Part shown: one piece after another, positions 56,297-64,000 of the stretch | How the letters are laid out: the number at the start of each line of letters is the position of its first letter | Numbering within the stretch: position 1 is the stretch's first letter | Origin: a virus | Strand: one strand, 5' to 3' | Length of the DNA: 64,000 bases | IMG/VR virus record: IMGVR_UViG_3300042301_002170 | Position numbers and translations under genes: made by a program | Notes under the pieces: model-generated | Database searches by the model: none | What the model saw: only the letters and a program-made list of their open reading frames with translations | What the model was told of the DNA's origin: nothing

Positions 56297-57064
56297 ATGC
56301 TACCAGTACTACAAGATATAAACTACTTAAAAAGTTACTTAACAAATAATTTAGAATTTAATGAACATCAGGAAGAAGAAGTAATACCAGTTCCTTACAG
56401 ATGGTCACATGGAGCAACTGATACTCATTTAGGTGATGGTTTAATTATTTATTCTCTCATTCAGTATATGAGAGCAAAAGTTTGTGTTTGCTTAGGTAGT
56501 GGAGGCGGTTTTGTGCCTAGATTAATGACACAAGCCAGATATGATTTATACAGACAGGGTATATTAGAAGGAGATGCTAATTTAAATTGGGGAGATATTG
56601 GAGTTACTTATGTAGTTGATGCTATGAATGGTATCGGTGGTAAAGTGGATTGGTTTAAAGAAGAATCTTTTTTTAGAAGAACATTTCATCCTCGTATTTT
56701 ATCAACTACTACAGAAGAAGCATTCCATAACCATTTTGTTTTAAATGATATTAAAATAGATTACTTACATATAGATGCAGGACACAGTTATGAAAATGTT
56801 AAAGAAGATTTTGAATTATATTCCCAACTTATATCCTCAAATGGAATTATTTCTATTCACGATACTGACCCTAATTTTGCGGATAGTTACTTAATAACAG
56901 ATGAAGTAAAAGATAGAGGTGATTTTGAAGATTGGCATGGTCCTATTCAGTTTGTAAAAGAATTAAAAGAAAATCCAAAATGGGAAACGTTTGATTTATT
57001 TAATTTTGGAATAGTAAAAAATAAACCGTCATCAACGGGTCTTACATTAGTTAAAAGAAAATGA
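56297..57064 (+). CDS. Class I SAM-dependent methyltransferase (Methyltransf_24-like)
   Basis: CLGSGGG motif I, IDYLHIDAGHSYE.VK.D, GIISIHDT. Confidence 0.85.
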   Translation: MLPVLQDINYLKSYLTNNLEFNEHQEEEVIPVPYRWSHGATDTHLGDGLIIYSLIQYMRAKVCVCLGSGGGFVPRLMTQARYDLYRQGILEGDANLNWGDIGVTYVVDAMNGIGGKVDWFKEESFFRRTFHPRILSTTTEEAFHNHFVLNDIKIDYLHIDAGHSYENVKEDFELYSQLISSNGIISIHDTDPNFADSYLITDEVKDRGDFEDWHGPIQFVKELKENPKWETFDLFNFGIVKNKPSSTGLTLVKRK

Positions 57065-57909
57065 TTAGATTAGTTACAGTAACGGGTTCTAGAACAACAA
57101 CATTAAAACATATGTTAAATCACTACAAAGATAAAGTAGATGAAATGCATATTGTTGTGTATGATTGGGAAGAACAATCCAATTTATCAGAAGTTCAAAC
57201 CATAGTATCTCAATTTCCAAATGCTAAAATAGTAAAAGTAGTAGTTGAAGAACTATATAATTGGGAAAAAGTAACTAAACTTTATAATGAAGTAAAATCA
57301 ACACACCCAAATGATTGGTGGGTAATATCCGATGATGATGAATTTCATGTCTATCCTGATTCACTGCAAAGTATTATATCCAATTGTGATGCAAATGGTT
57401 GGGAAATGGTTAGAGGTGGATTTATAGATAGAATTGGTGAAGATGGTGAAATGGTTGAACTATTAGATACCGATGATATATTTGAAAAGTTCCCATACGC
57501 TGGATTTTTTAGACATCCTTTAAGTGGGGCAAACCCAAACAAAATATGTTTAGTAAAAGGTAACATAGAGATTACAAACGGGCAACATTATGCTAAAATA
57601 GATGGACATACGACTTGGAGATGGCAAGGTTGGAATCACCCACTAATTGCACCGATTAAAAAGATTAGTGTGCAAGTTCATCATTTTAAATGGGATAGCA
57701 CTTGTGCCGGTAGAATTAGACACGTTGCGAATCAAAATAAAGATTACTCATATTCGGAAGAATACAGAGTTATGTATAGAGCATTATCAAAGTATAGATT
57801 TAAATTACCATTAGATGATGAAAGATTTGGTTTTGAATTATCACCAACTTATCATTATTTAGGTTACTCAAAATGGAAACAATTAATTAATAAAATAATA
57901 TCAATATGA
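57061..57909 (+). CDS. Glycosyltransferase, GT2/GT-A-like
   Basis: WWVISDDDEF DxD motif, G.FIDR, G.H, VHHFKW. Confidence 0.7.
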   Translation: MIRLVTVTGSRTTTLKHMLNHYKDKVDEMHIVVYDWEEQSNLSEVQTIVSQFPNAKIVKVVVEELYNWEKVTKLYNEVKSTHPNDWWVISDDDEFHVYPDSLQSIISNCDANGWEMVRGGFIDRIGEDGEMVELLDTDDIFEKFPYAGFFRHPLSGANPNKICLVKGNIEITNGQHYAKIDGHTTWRWQGWNHPLIAPIKKISVQVHHFKWDSTCAGRIRHVANQNKDYSYSEEYRVMYRALSKYRFKLPLDDERFGFELSPTYHYLGYSKWKQLINKIISI

Positions 57910-58082
57910 CGGACGAAGAATTATTATTAGAACAAAGAAAAGTAAAAGCATTAGAAAAGATTTCAAATTCATTAGATGCACTAACTGTTTGGTTTGAAGA
58001 AATAGATAAAGATGAATGGAGTAATAGAGTTCAATATTATTTATCTGAGTGGCATAAAACTGTTGAAAATACTGAAGAATAA
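57906..58082 (+). CDS. 58-aa helical protein, not in ORF track
   Basis: MTDEELLLEQRKVKALEKISNSLDALTVWFEEIDKDEWSNRVQYYLSEWHKTVENTEE*; overlaps both neighbours' stop/start. Confidence 0.75.
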   Translation: MTDEELLLEQRKVKALEKISNSLDALTVWFEEIDKDEWSNRVQYYLSEWHKTVENTEE

Positions 58083-59497
58083 TGAAGTTAGGTATAATAG
58101 TACCATACAGAGATAGATACGAGCATCTACAAACTTTTAAAAAATCTATTATAAATTATTTTGAATCTAAAAAAATAGATTACGAATTAATTATAGTAGA
58201 GCAAGATGATGCAAAAGTATTTAATCGTGGAAAACTACTTAATATTGGTTTCAAATATGCAAAAAGACTTAAATGCGATTACGTTGCATTGCATGATGTA
58301 GATATGCTTCCAGTTGATGTAGATTATTCATATTCAGATGTTCCAATACATTTGGCATCTAGATTTGTATCTACACCTGAATTTAAGAGAATTGTATTTG
58401 ATGAATATTTTGGAGGTGTTACATTATTTCCCGTAGATGTATTTGAAAAAATAAACGGATACTCTAACGAATATTGGGGATGGGGTTATGAAGATAACGA
58501 TTTACTACATAGATGTAAACATTATAATGTTGATTTAGATAAAAAGGAAATAAAAACAATGGGTGGTAATACTGCTGCATTGAAGTTTAATGGAAAAAAC
58601 GCATATGTTACTGGTAAAAATCCAATAAATACTAAATCACCTATAACAATTTTTACTACATTTTACGCAGATGAATTGCAATGTAATCATGAAGCATACG
58701 ATGATATATTATCTGTGTTTTCTATTCCAGGATACGATTGTTTAATATCATACAATTCATATAAAAGATATAACTTTGAAATGTATGATTCTCGTAAAGA
58801 AGTTATTTATGTAAACTCAAATATTAAAACAAACTATAAAACTAATATTGCAGTAACAATCGATTTTGATGTTAGAAAAGTAAAAATGTATCAGGATGGA
58901 AATTTAGTAGGTGAAACTACATTTTCAGGTAGAGCGTATCCATATGATAAAGTTGAGAATTTTTATTTAGGAGTTGGTGACCCTAATAGAGAAGAAAATA
59001 ATAAATATTTTAAAGGATTAATAAGTTCTTTTTCAATTTTTTCTAAACTATTAGATGAAGATGAAATAAAAGAAATATCAAATAATCAATTCTTTTCATT
59101 GAGCCAAAATTTTGGAAATTACAAATCATCACATGCATTGGAAGTTTGTTATGATGCTAAATTTATAAAAGATTACGAATTAATTGATTTATCTGGTAAT
59201 AATAACAATGGTATTTTAAATGAATGTGAAATGGTAGGCTATACTTTTGATGATTCTAAAATAATAGAAATACCATTCAGAAGAGATTGTACATTTAAAT
59301 TATTGGCACATGATGAAAATGGTTATGTTGGAAATGGTTGGAAAAATATAACAACTAGATACAATCAATTAAAATATCATAATGAAGTTGCAAAGGGTTA
59401 TAAAGACCCTAAATTTGATGGGTTAAGTAATTTAGAATACAAAGAACATACATTTGCCCATACAAATAATCAAACTCACGTTTTAGTAGGAATATGA
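58082..59497 (+). CDS. GT7 (beta-1,4-galactosyltransferase-like) with inserted LamG domain
   Basis: IVPYRDR, FNRGKLLNIG, HDVD, YFGG, NGYSN.YWGWGYED.D; LamG ~58571-59233; resumes with LAH...DGLSNLEY. Confidence 0.85.
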   Translation: MKLGIIVPYRDRYEHLQTFKKSIINYFESKKIDYELIIVEQDDAKVFNRGKLLNIGFKYAKRLKCDYVALHDVDMLPVDVDYSYSDVPIHLASRFVSTPEFKRIVFDEYFGGVTLFPVDVFEKINGYSNEYWGWGYEDNDLLHRCKHYNVDLDKKEIKTMGGNTAALKFNGKNAYVTGKNPINTKSPITIFTTFYADELQCNHEAYDDILSVFSIPGYDCLISYNSYKRYNFEMYDSRKEVIYVNSNIKTNYKTNIAVTIDFDVRKVKMYQDGNLVGETTFSGRAYPYDKVENFYLGVGDPNREENNKYFKGLISSFSIFSKLLDEDEIKEISNNQFFSLSQNFGNYKSSHALEVCYDAKFIKDYELIDLSGNNNNGILNECEMVGYTFDDSKIIEIPFRRDCTFKLLAHDENGYVGNGWKNITTRYNQLKYHNEVAKGYKDPKFDGLSNLEYKEHTFAHTNNQTHVLVGI

Positions 59498-60954
59498 AAA
59501 AACATAAATTAGGTGTATGTGTTCCATATCGTAATAGAGAAGAACATCTAAATAAATTTATACCAATCGTATCTAAATTCTTAAAAGAAAGAGATATAGA
59601 TTTTAAAATTTATTTTGGACATCAGGTAGATGACAAATTATTTAATAGAGGTGCAATGAAAAATGTTGCAGCCAAACATGCGTTTGAGGATGGTTGTGAT
59701 TATATAGTTTGGCATGATATAGATATGGTTCCAGAAGATGATACCTGTGATTATTCGTATCCATCGGATGTACCTCAACATATTGCCGTAAACATATCTC
59801 AATCCGATTATATGTTAAAATACGAACAATACTTTGGTGGGGCAGTGGTGTTTACTAAAGAACAAGCTGAAGCAACAAACGGTTATTCTAATGATTATTG
59901 GGATTGGGGTATGGAAGATGATGACTTATTTTGGAGATGTGTTAAAGAGAATATGGTTAATACTACTACTTTAGATTATCACGTAGAAAAAACTATAGCT
60001 GAATTTAATGGTACATCTTCTTTTATAAAAATTCCTAATAGATTTGGAAATGTATTAAATAACTCACATACCATTTCAATTTTAGTAAATTCTGCACAAC
60101 AAATTGAAAAAGTTGCAATCTGGTTAATAGGAGATGGTAATAGAAGATTTGTTGAATATCCTATATTTAGAAAACCAGGATATGATTGGGGTATATCATT
60201 TAACAATAGTAGAGCATATACTGCTATGTTATGGAGTGCTAATAAAGACCAAATTTATCAATGGTTTAAAAGATACGAAGGTGAATGGACTTGGGTTACT
60301 ATGGTAGTAGATACTGGTAGTAATAATATGCATTTTTATTTAAATGGTAGAGAAAGTTCTGCAAGAAATGGAACAGGTACTTCATCTCCAATAACATTTA
60401 ATTCTCCATTAAAACATTATGGTTCAGAGCCATATTATATTGGTAGAACTCCATCTGTTTTAGGATACGAACCAAACGCGTTTTTTAAAGGAAAAATATC
60501 TGATATAAAATTTTGGAATAGAGCATTAACTCAAACTGAAATATCAAATTTACATACTTCACATCCTACTGATAATCTAATATTACATTATGATTTTGAA
60601 AATATAGATAATACAAATCAAAAAGTAATAGATGCAAATGATGGAGTAAATGGTACATTCTATAACGTAGAATTTAAAAAAGAAAAAATATCAATTCCGT
60701 ATGTAATTTTACCACATAGAAAAAATGGTAGATTTTTATGTTTACCACATCAAACAGAAGGATTAATTACAGTAGGTGGCATAGATAAGTGGGCAAAGGG
60801 TGAAACTACTGCTAGAAATGAAAGGAGATACGTTTTAGAAATGCAACAAGATAAAATTGATTATAAAAACGATGGATTAAGTACCTTAAAATATGAATTA
60901 ATCGAAATAAAAGAATTAGATGAAAATTCTGTTATGATAAATGTAAAACTATAG
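59494..60954 (+). CDS. GT7 with inserted LamG domain (paralog)
   Basis: VPYRNR, FNRGAMKN, HDID, YFGG, NGYSN.YWDWGMEDDD; LamG ~59991-60675; resumes with LPH...DGLSTLKY. Confidence 0.85.
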   Translation: MKKHKLGVCVPYRNREEHLNKFIPIVSKFLKERDIDFKIYFGHQVDDKLFNRGAMKNVAAKHAFEDGCDYIVWHDIDMVPEDDTCDYSYPSDVPQHIAVNISQSDYMLKYEQYFGGAVVFTKEQAEATNGYSNDYWDWGMEDDDLFWRCVKENMVNTTTLDYHVEKTIAEFNGTSSFIKIPNRFGNVLNNSHTISILVNSAQQIEKVAIWLIGDGNRRFVEYPIFRKPGYDWGISFNNSRAYTAMLWSANKDQIYQWFKRYEGEWTWVTMVVDTGSNNMHFYLNGRESSARNGTGTSSPITFNSPLKHYGSEPYYIGRTPSVLGYEPNAFFKGKISDIKFWNRALTQTEISNLHTSHPTDNLILHYDFENIDNTNQKVIDANDGVNGTFYNVEFKKEKISIPYVILPHRKNGRFLCLPHQTEGLITVGGIDKWAKGETTARNERRYVLEMQQDKIDYKNDGLSTLKYELIEIKELDENSVMINVKL

Positions 60955-62346
60955 ATGCAAAATAATATTTTTGAAGAAACAAAAAAAAGTTTAGATTCGG
61001 TAGGTTGTGGGTTTTGTTTAGCAAAGTGGACACAAGTTACTATGCATTTGGGTACAGGATTAACTCACTCATGCCACCACCCAACTGCACATAAAATTCC
61101 AATAGCAGAAATACAAAGAAATCCATCTGCATTGCATAATACTAAGTTTAAAAAGTATAAAAGAAAAGAAATGTTGGATGGTAAAAGACCAGCAGAATGT
61201 GATTATTGTTGGAATATAGAAGATAATTCGGATAATTATTCGGATAGAGTTTATAAATCATCGGAACCCTGGTCTAAACCCCATTTGGATGAAATAACTC
61301 ATTCAGATTGGAGAGCAGATTTTAATCCAAGATATGTTGAAGTTAGTTTTTCTAACACTTGTAATTTTAAATGTTCATATTGTGGACCTGAATACTCATC
61401 TCAATGGTTACAAGAAGTTAAACAATTAGGTGGATTTCCAACTTCGGATTCATTTAACAGTTATGATAAACTGGTTGAAAAAAATAAATTACCAATACTA
61501 CAAAGTGAATATAACCCATATGTAGAAGCATTTTGGAAATGGTGGCCAGATTTATATTCCGATTTAAATACTTTTAGAATAACAGGAGGAGAACCTCTTT
61601 TATCAAAAGATACTTGGAAAGTTTTGGATTATATTATAGAAAACCCAAATCCAAATAGAGAATTAAAGTTTGCAATAAACTCTAATTTAGGAGTTACTGA
61701 TGAATTAATTAATAAATTAATCAATAAATTGGATAGAATAATTTCAGAAGATAGAATTAAAGAAGTTATTATTTTTACATCAGTAGATGCGTATGGAGAG
61801 CAAGCGGAGTATATCCGTAATGGTTTAAACTTTAATAAATTTTGGGATAATGTAAACAAAATACTTTATAAACTACCTAAAGTTACAATAACCATAATGT
61901 CTACTTATAATATTTTAAGTCCATTTAGTTATAATAAGTTAATAGAAAAAGTTTGGGAAACCAAAAAAGAACATCAAAATTTAGAAAGATATTGGCAACA
62001 CCCCATCTTATTAGATACATCTTATTTAAGATTTCCACAACATCAAAGTGTTAAGTTATTATTTGATGAACAGAAAGAAACAATATTAGATAACGCTAAA
62101 ACTGCTTTATATTTAGGTGTTCCAATTTTTACAAATACTCATATGGGAATGACTGAAGTTGAAACAGAAAAAATTAAACGAATATATGATTGGGCAATAT
62201 CAAATACAAATTCTGATATTTTAAACACAAATAGAAAAGATTTTGTAAAATTTGTAGATGAACATGATAAACGAAGAGGAACTAATTTTGTAAAAACATT
62301 TCCAGAATTAGAAGAATTTTATAAAAAAATTAAGAATGGTAATTAA
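60955..62346 (+). CDS. Radical SAM enzyme with N-terminal twitch/SPASM-like domain
   Basis: N-terminal C..KW....G...SCHH and C..CW; CNFKCSYC cluster motif; TGGEP. Confidence 0.88.
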   Translation: MQNNIFEETKKSLDSVGCGFCLAKWTQVTMHLGTGLTHSCHHPTAHKIPIAEIQRNPSALHNTKFKKYKRKEMLDGKRPAECDYCWNIEDNSDNYSDRVYKSSEPWSKPHLDEITHSDWRADFNPRYVEVSFSNTCNFKCSYCGPEYSSQWLQEVKQLGGFPTSDSFNSYDKLVEKNKLPILQSEYNPYVEAFWKWWPDLYSDLNTFRITGGEPLLSKDTWKVLDYIIENPNPNRELKFAINSNLGVTDELINKLINKLDRIISEDRIKEVIIFTSVDAYGEQAEYIRNGLNFNKFWDNVNKILYKLPKVTITIMSTYNILSPFSYNKLIEKVWETKKEHQNLERYWQHPILLDTSYLRFPQHQSVKLLFDEQKETILDNAKTALYLGVPIFTNTHMGMTEVETEKIKRIYDWAISNTNSDILNTNRKDFVKFVDEHDKRRGTNFVKTFPELEEFYKKIKNGN

Positions 62347-62995
62347 AGAAGGAGAACCCTGGTTATTATGGCCAAGTATGGTTTCATATGGTATTAATAC
62401 TGGTGAAATTGGTAAAACATTTGAAGGTGATACCGATTTTACATTATCTATGAATATAAAAATACTAACCAAATCATCTGAAAAAAGGACAGTATTTGCA
62501 AAACTCCCAAATTATATGGGGTTAGATATTGAAAAAGAAAATAACAATTTAATGTTAATTCTTAATTTAAATAAAAACGGTGAAACTGAATGGAAGTATT
62601 TATTTTCCGAAACAGAAATTGGTTATGATTTTAATTTATTATCATTTAGGTATAATAAATCAAATCGTACATTGGATATATTAGTTAATTATATACCTGC
62701 AATAGAATATAAGTTAGAAGATGATGAGGAGTTAAGTGTTGGATATGAACCACATATTTTGTTTGGTGGTGGTAATTTTCCACATAACGGATTTAACTTA
62801 AATTATTGTTCTTACGAACTAGATTTTTTAATGATTTCAAAAGACCATAAATCTTATAATCAGATATATAATATTAAGGAAGATGGTAATTTAGATACAT
62901 CTATAATTGGTTTATATGATTTTAAAAAACATACCGATTATAAGGTTTTTGATAATTCACATAATTGCAACTTTTTACATAAAATAATTTACTAA
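62336..62995 (+). CDS. Stand-alone LamG/concanavalin-like protein
   Basis: FTLSM.I, RYN, LVN, ILFGGG, GLYDFK pattern resembling the GT7 inserts. Confidence 0.5.
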   Translation: MVIKEGEPWLLWPSMVSYGINTGEIGKTFEGDTDFTLSMNIKILTKSSEKRTVFAKLPNYMGLDIEKENNNLMLILNLNKNGETEWKYLFSETEIGYDFNLLSFRYNKSNRTLDILVNYIPAIEYKLEDDEELSVGYEPHILFGGGNFPHNGFNLNYCSYELDFLMISKDHKSYNQIYNIKEDGNLDTSIIGLYDFKKHTDYKVFDNSHNCNFLHKIIY

Positions 62996-64000
62996 TGGGC
63001 ATAATTGCTAAAAAACCAGAAGAGTCTTATCAAGAATATAGAGATAGAGTTGTAAATCCAATTTCTCCCGCATTTTGTGGAGCAAAGTGGTATAACGCTA
63101 CAATATGGCTAGGAAACGGAACAACTGCAAGTTGTCATCACCCCCCTGCACATAAAATTCCATTAAATGAAGTTGCTATGAACTACAAAGCAATTCATAA
63201 TACTCAATATAAGAAGTTAATCAGAAAGCAAATGCTTGAAGGAGTTAGACCTAAAGAGTGTGAATATTGCTGGAAAATAGAAGATTTAGGTAAGGATAAT
63301 ATCTCAGATAGAGTTCATAAATCTATAATTTATACAGATGAGGAATTAGCCGAATGTAAATCTGCATTTAATTGGGAAAAGGATGTTGATTTGAAAACAT
63401 TAGAAATTGCGTTTGACCCAAATTGTAATTTTGCTTGTTCATATTGTAATTCATCTTTTTCTACAAGTTGGCAAAATGACATAAAGAAAAACGGACCTTA
63501 TCAAAATTTAGTATCAGATGGTGCAGGTGCATTTCAACATGATGGTGCACACGCAATGCCATATGGTAAAAAGAATGAAGGTAATCCATATGTTGCGGCA
63601 TTTTGGAAATGGTGGGAAGGAGAACTACAATACTCATTAAGAGAATTAAGAGTTACAGGTGGAGAACCAACAATGTCACAAGACTTTTGGAAGTTAATGA
63701 AGTGGTGGGAATCTAATAAAGATTGTGAAGTAGAATTTGCAGTTAATTCAAACTTAGGTCAAAAACAAGAGTTGTTTGAGCAATTGTTAAAAGCAAGTCA
63801 TAATATTAAATCATTCCATTTATATACATCTTGTGAAGCAACTGGTAAAGATGCGGAATATATTAGAGATGGATTAGTTTGGGAAGGTTGGTTAAAAAAT
63901 ATAGAACGAATGTTATCCGAAGGTAATATACAATCAATAAACTGTATGATGACAATTAACTCATTATGTTTATTTACTTTACCAGAATTTATGGATGAGA
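62995..64000 (+). CDS. Radical SAM enzyme with N-terminal twitch domain (partial, runs off window end)
   Basis: MGIIAKK..FCGAKW..G.TASCHHP..CEYCW..CNFACSYC..TGGEP; open to 64000. Confidence 0.88.
   Translation, partial: MGIIAKKPEESYQEYRDRVVNPISPAFCGAKWYNATIWLGNGTTASCHHPPAHKIPLNEVAMNYKAIHNTQYKKLIRKQMLEGVRPKECEYCWKIEDLGKDNISDRVHKSIIYTDEELAECKSAFNWEKDVDLKTLEIAFDPNCNFACSYCNSSFSTSWQNDIKKNGPYQNLVSDGAGAFQHDGAHAMPYGKKNEGNPYVAAFWKWWEGELQYSLRELRVTGGEPTMSQDFWKLMKWWESNKDCEVEFAVNSNLGQKQELFEQLLKASHNIKSFHLYTSCEATGKDAEYIRDGLVWEGWLKNIERMLSEGNIQSINCMMTINSLCLFTLPEFMDE

Noticed and set aside
3370-61859. The many 60-110 aa minus-strand ORFs in the track
   Set aside because: All are antisense shadows inside well-supported + strand genes and have no recognisable motifs.
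55274-62995. C-terminal tag in the second glyco cluster (KIISI, LVGI, KIIY)
   Set aside because: Inconsistent across genes, and the GT7 termini are part of the conserved fold.
1-64000. tRNA, rRNA, CRISPR array or IS element
   Set aside because: No cloverleaf/T-loop signature, no repeat-spacer periodicity and no transposase motif seen by eye; a tRNAscan/Infernal run would be decisive.
1-64000. Stop-codon reassignment
   Set aside because: Known proteins are full length under code 11, and TAA, TAG and TGA all terminate genes at expected ends.
1-64000. Origin as a eukaryotic giant virus or a cellular LPS/EPS locus
   Set aside because: Bacterial promoters, peptide deformylase, gp25/gp6 baseplate genes and an S74 fibre indicate a bacteriophage, despite the Mre11-Rad50 fusion and GT7 genes.

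Overview
A 64-kb segment of a large, very AT-rich tailed dsDNA phage with a contractile-tail (myovirus-type) baseplate, most likely infecting Bacteroidota. Nine intergenic TTG-N20-TAnnTTT(G/A) host-type promoters support that host. Nearly all genes are on the + strand in standard code 11. Layout: (i) 0.5-9.5 kb, small early/host-takeover genes, including a truncated sigma-70 region-4 protein, many with a C-run at the Shine-Dalgarno position; (ii) 9.6-20.1 kb, an accessory enzyme island with a permuted ATP-grasp-Hint fusion, an unannotated 36-aa peptide, a Cys-rich protein, and GT-like, sulfotransferase-like, SGNH and 2OG-Fe(II) enzymes, eight consecutive ones sharing a C-terminal (K/S)-x-(L/I)-(I/V) tag; (iii) 20-28.6 kb, HD protein, Hsp20, UvsE, nucleotidyltransferase, DUF2061, peptide deformylase, gp55-like sigma and carbamoyltransferase; (iv) 29-46.5 kb, baseplate/tail module; (v) 47-51.7 kb, T7-endonuclease-I-like resolvase, primase, Mre11-Rad50 fusion and a hidden minus-strand RHH-like gene; (vi) 51.8-64 kb, tail fibre with S74 chaperone followed by GT4, methyltransferase, GT2, two GT7 enzymes with an inserted LamG domain and two twitch-first radical SAM enzymes. 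Leading hypotheses are a tag-organised peptide/glycan tailoring system around the ATP-grasp-Hint gene, and phage-encoded modification of virion proteins at an enriched (S/T)-(G/A/S/Q)-S motif. No tRNA, rRNA, CRISPR or transposase was recognised. All family calls come from motif recognition by eye; no database search was run.
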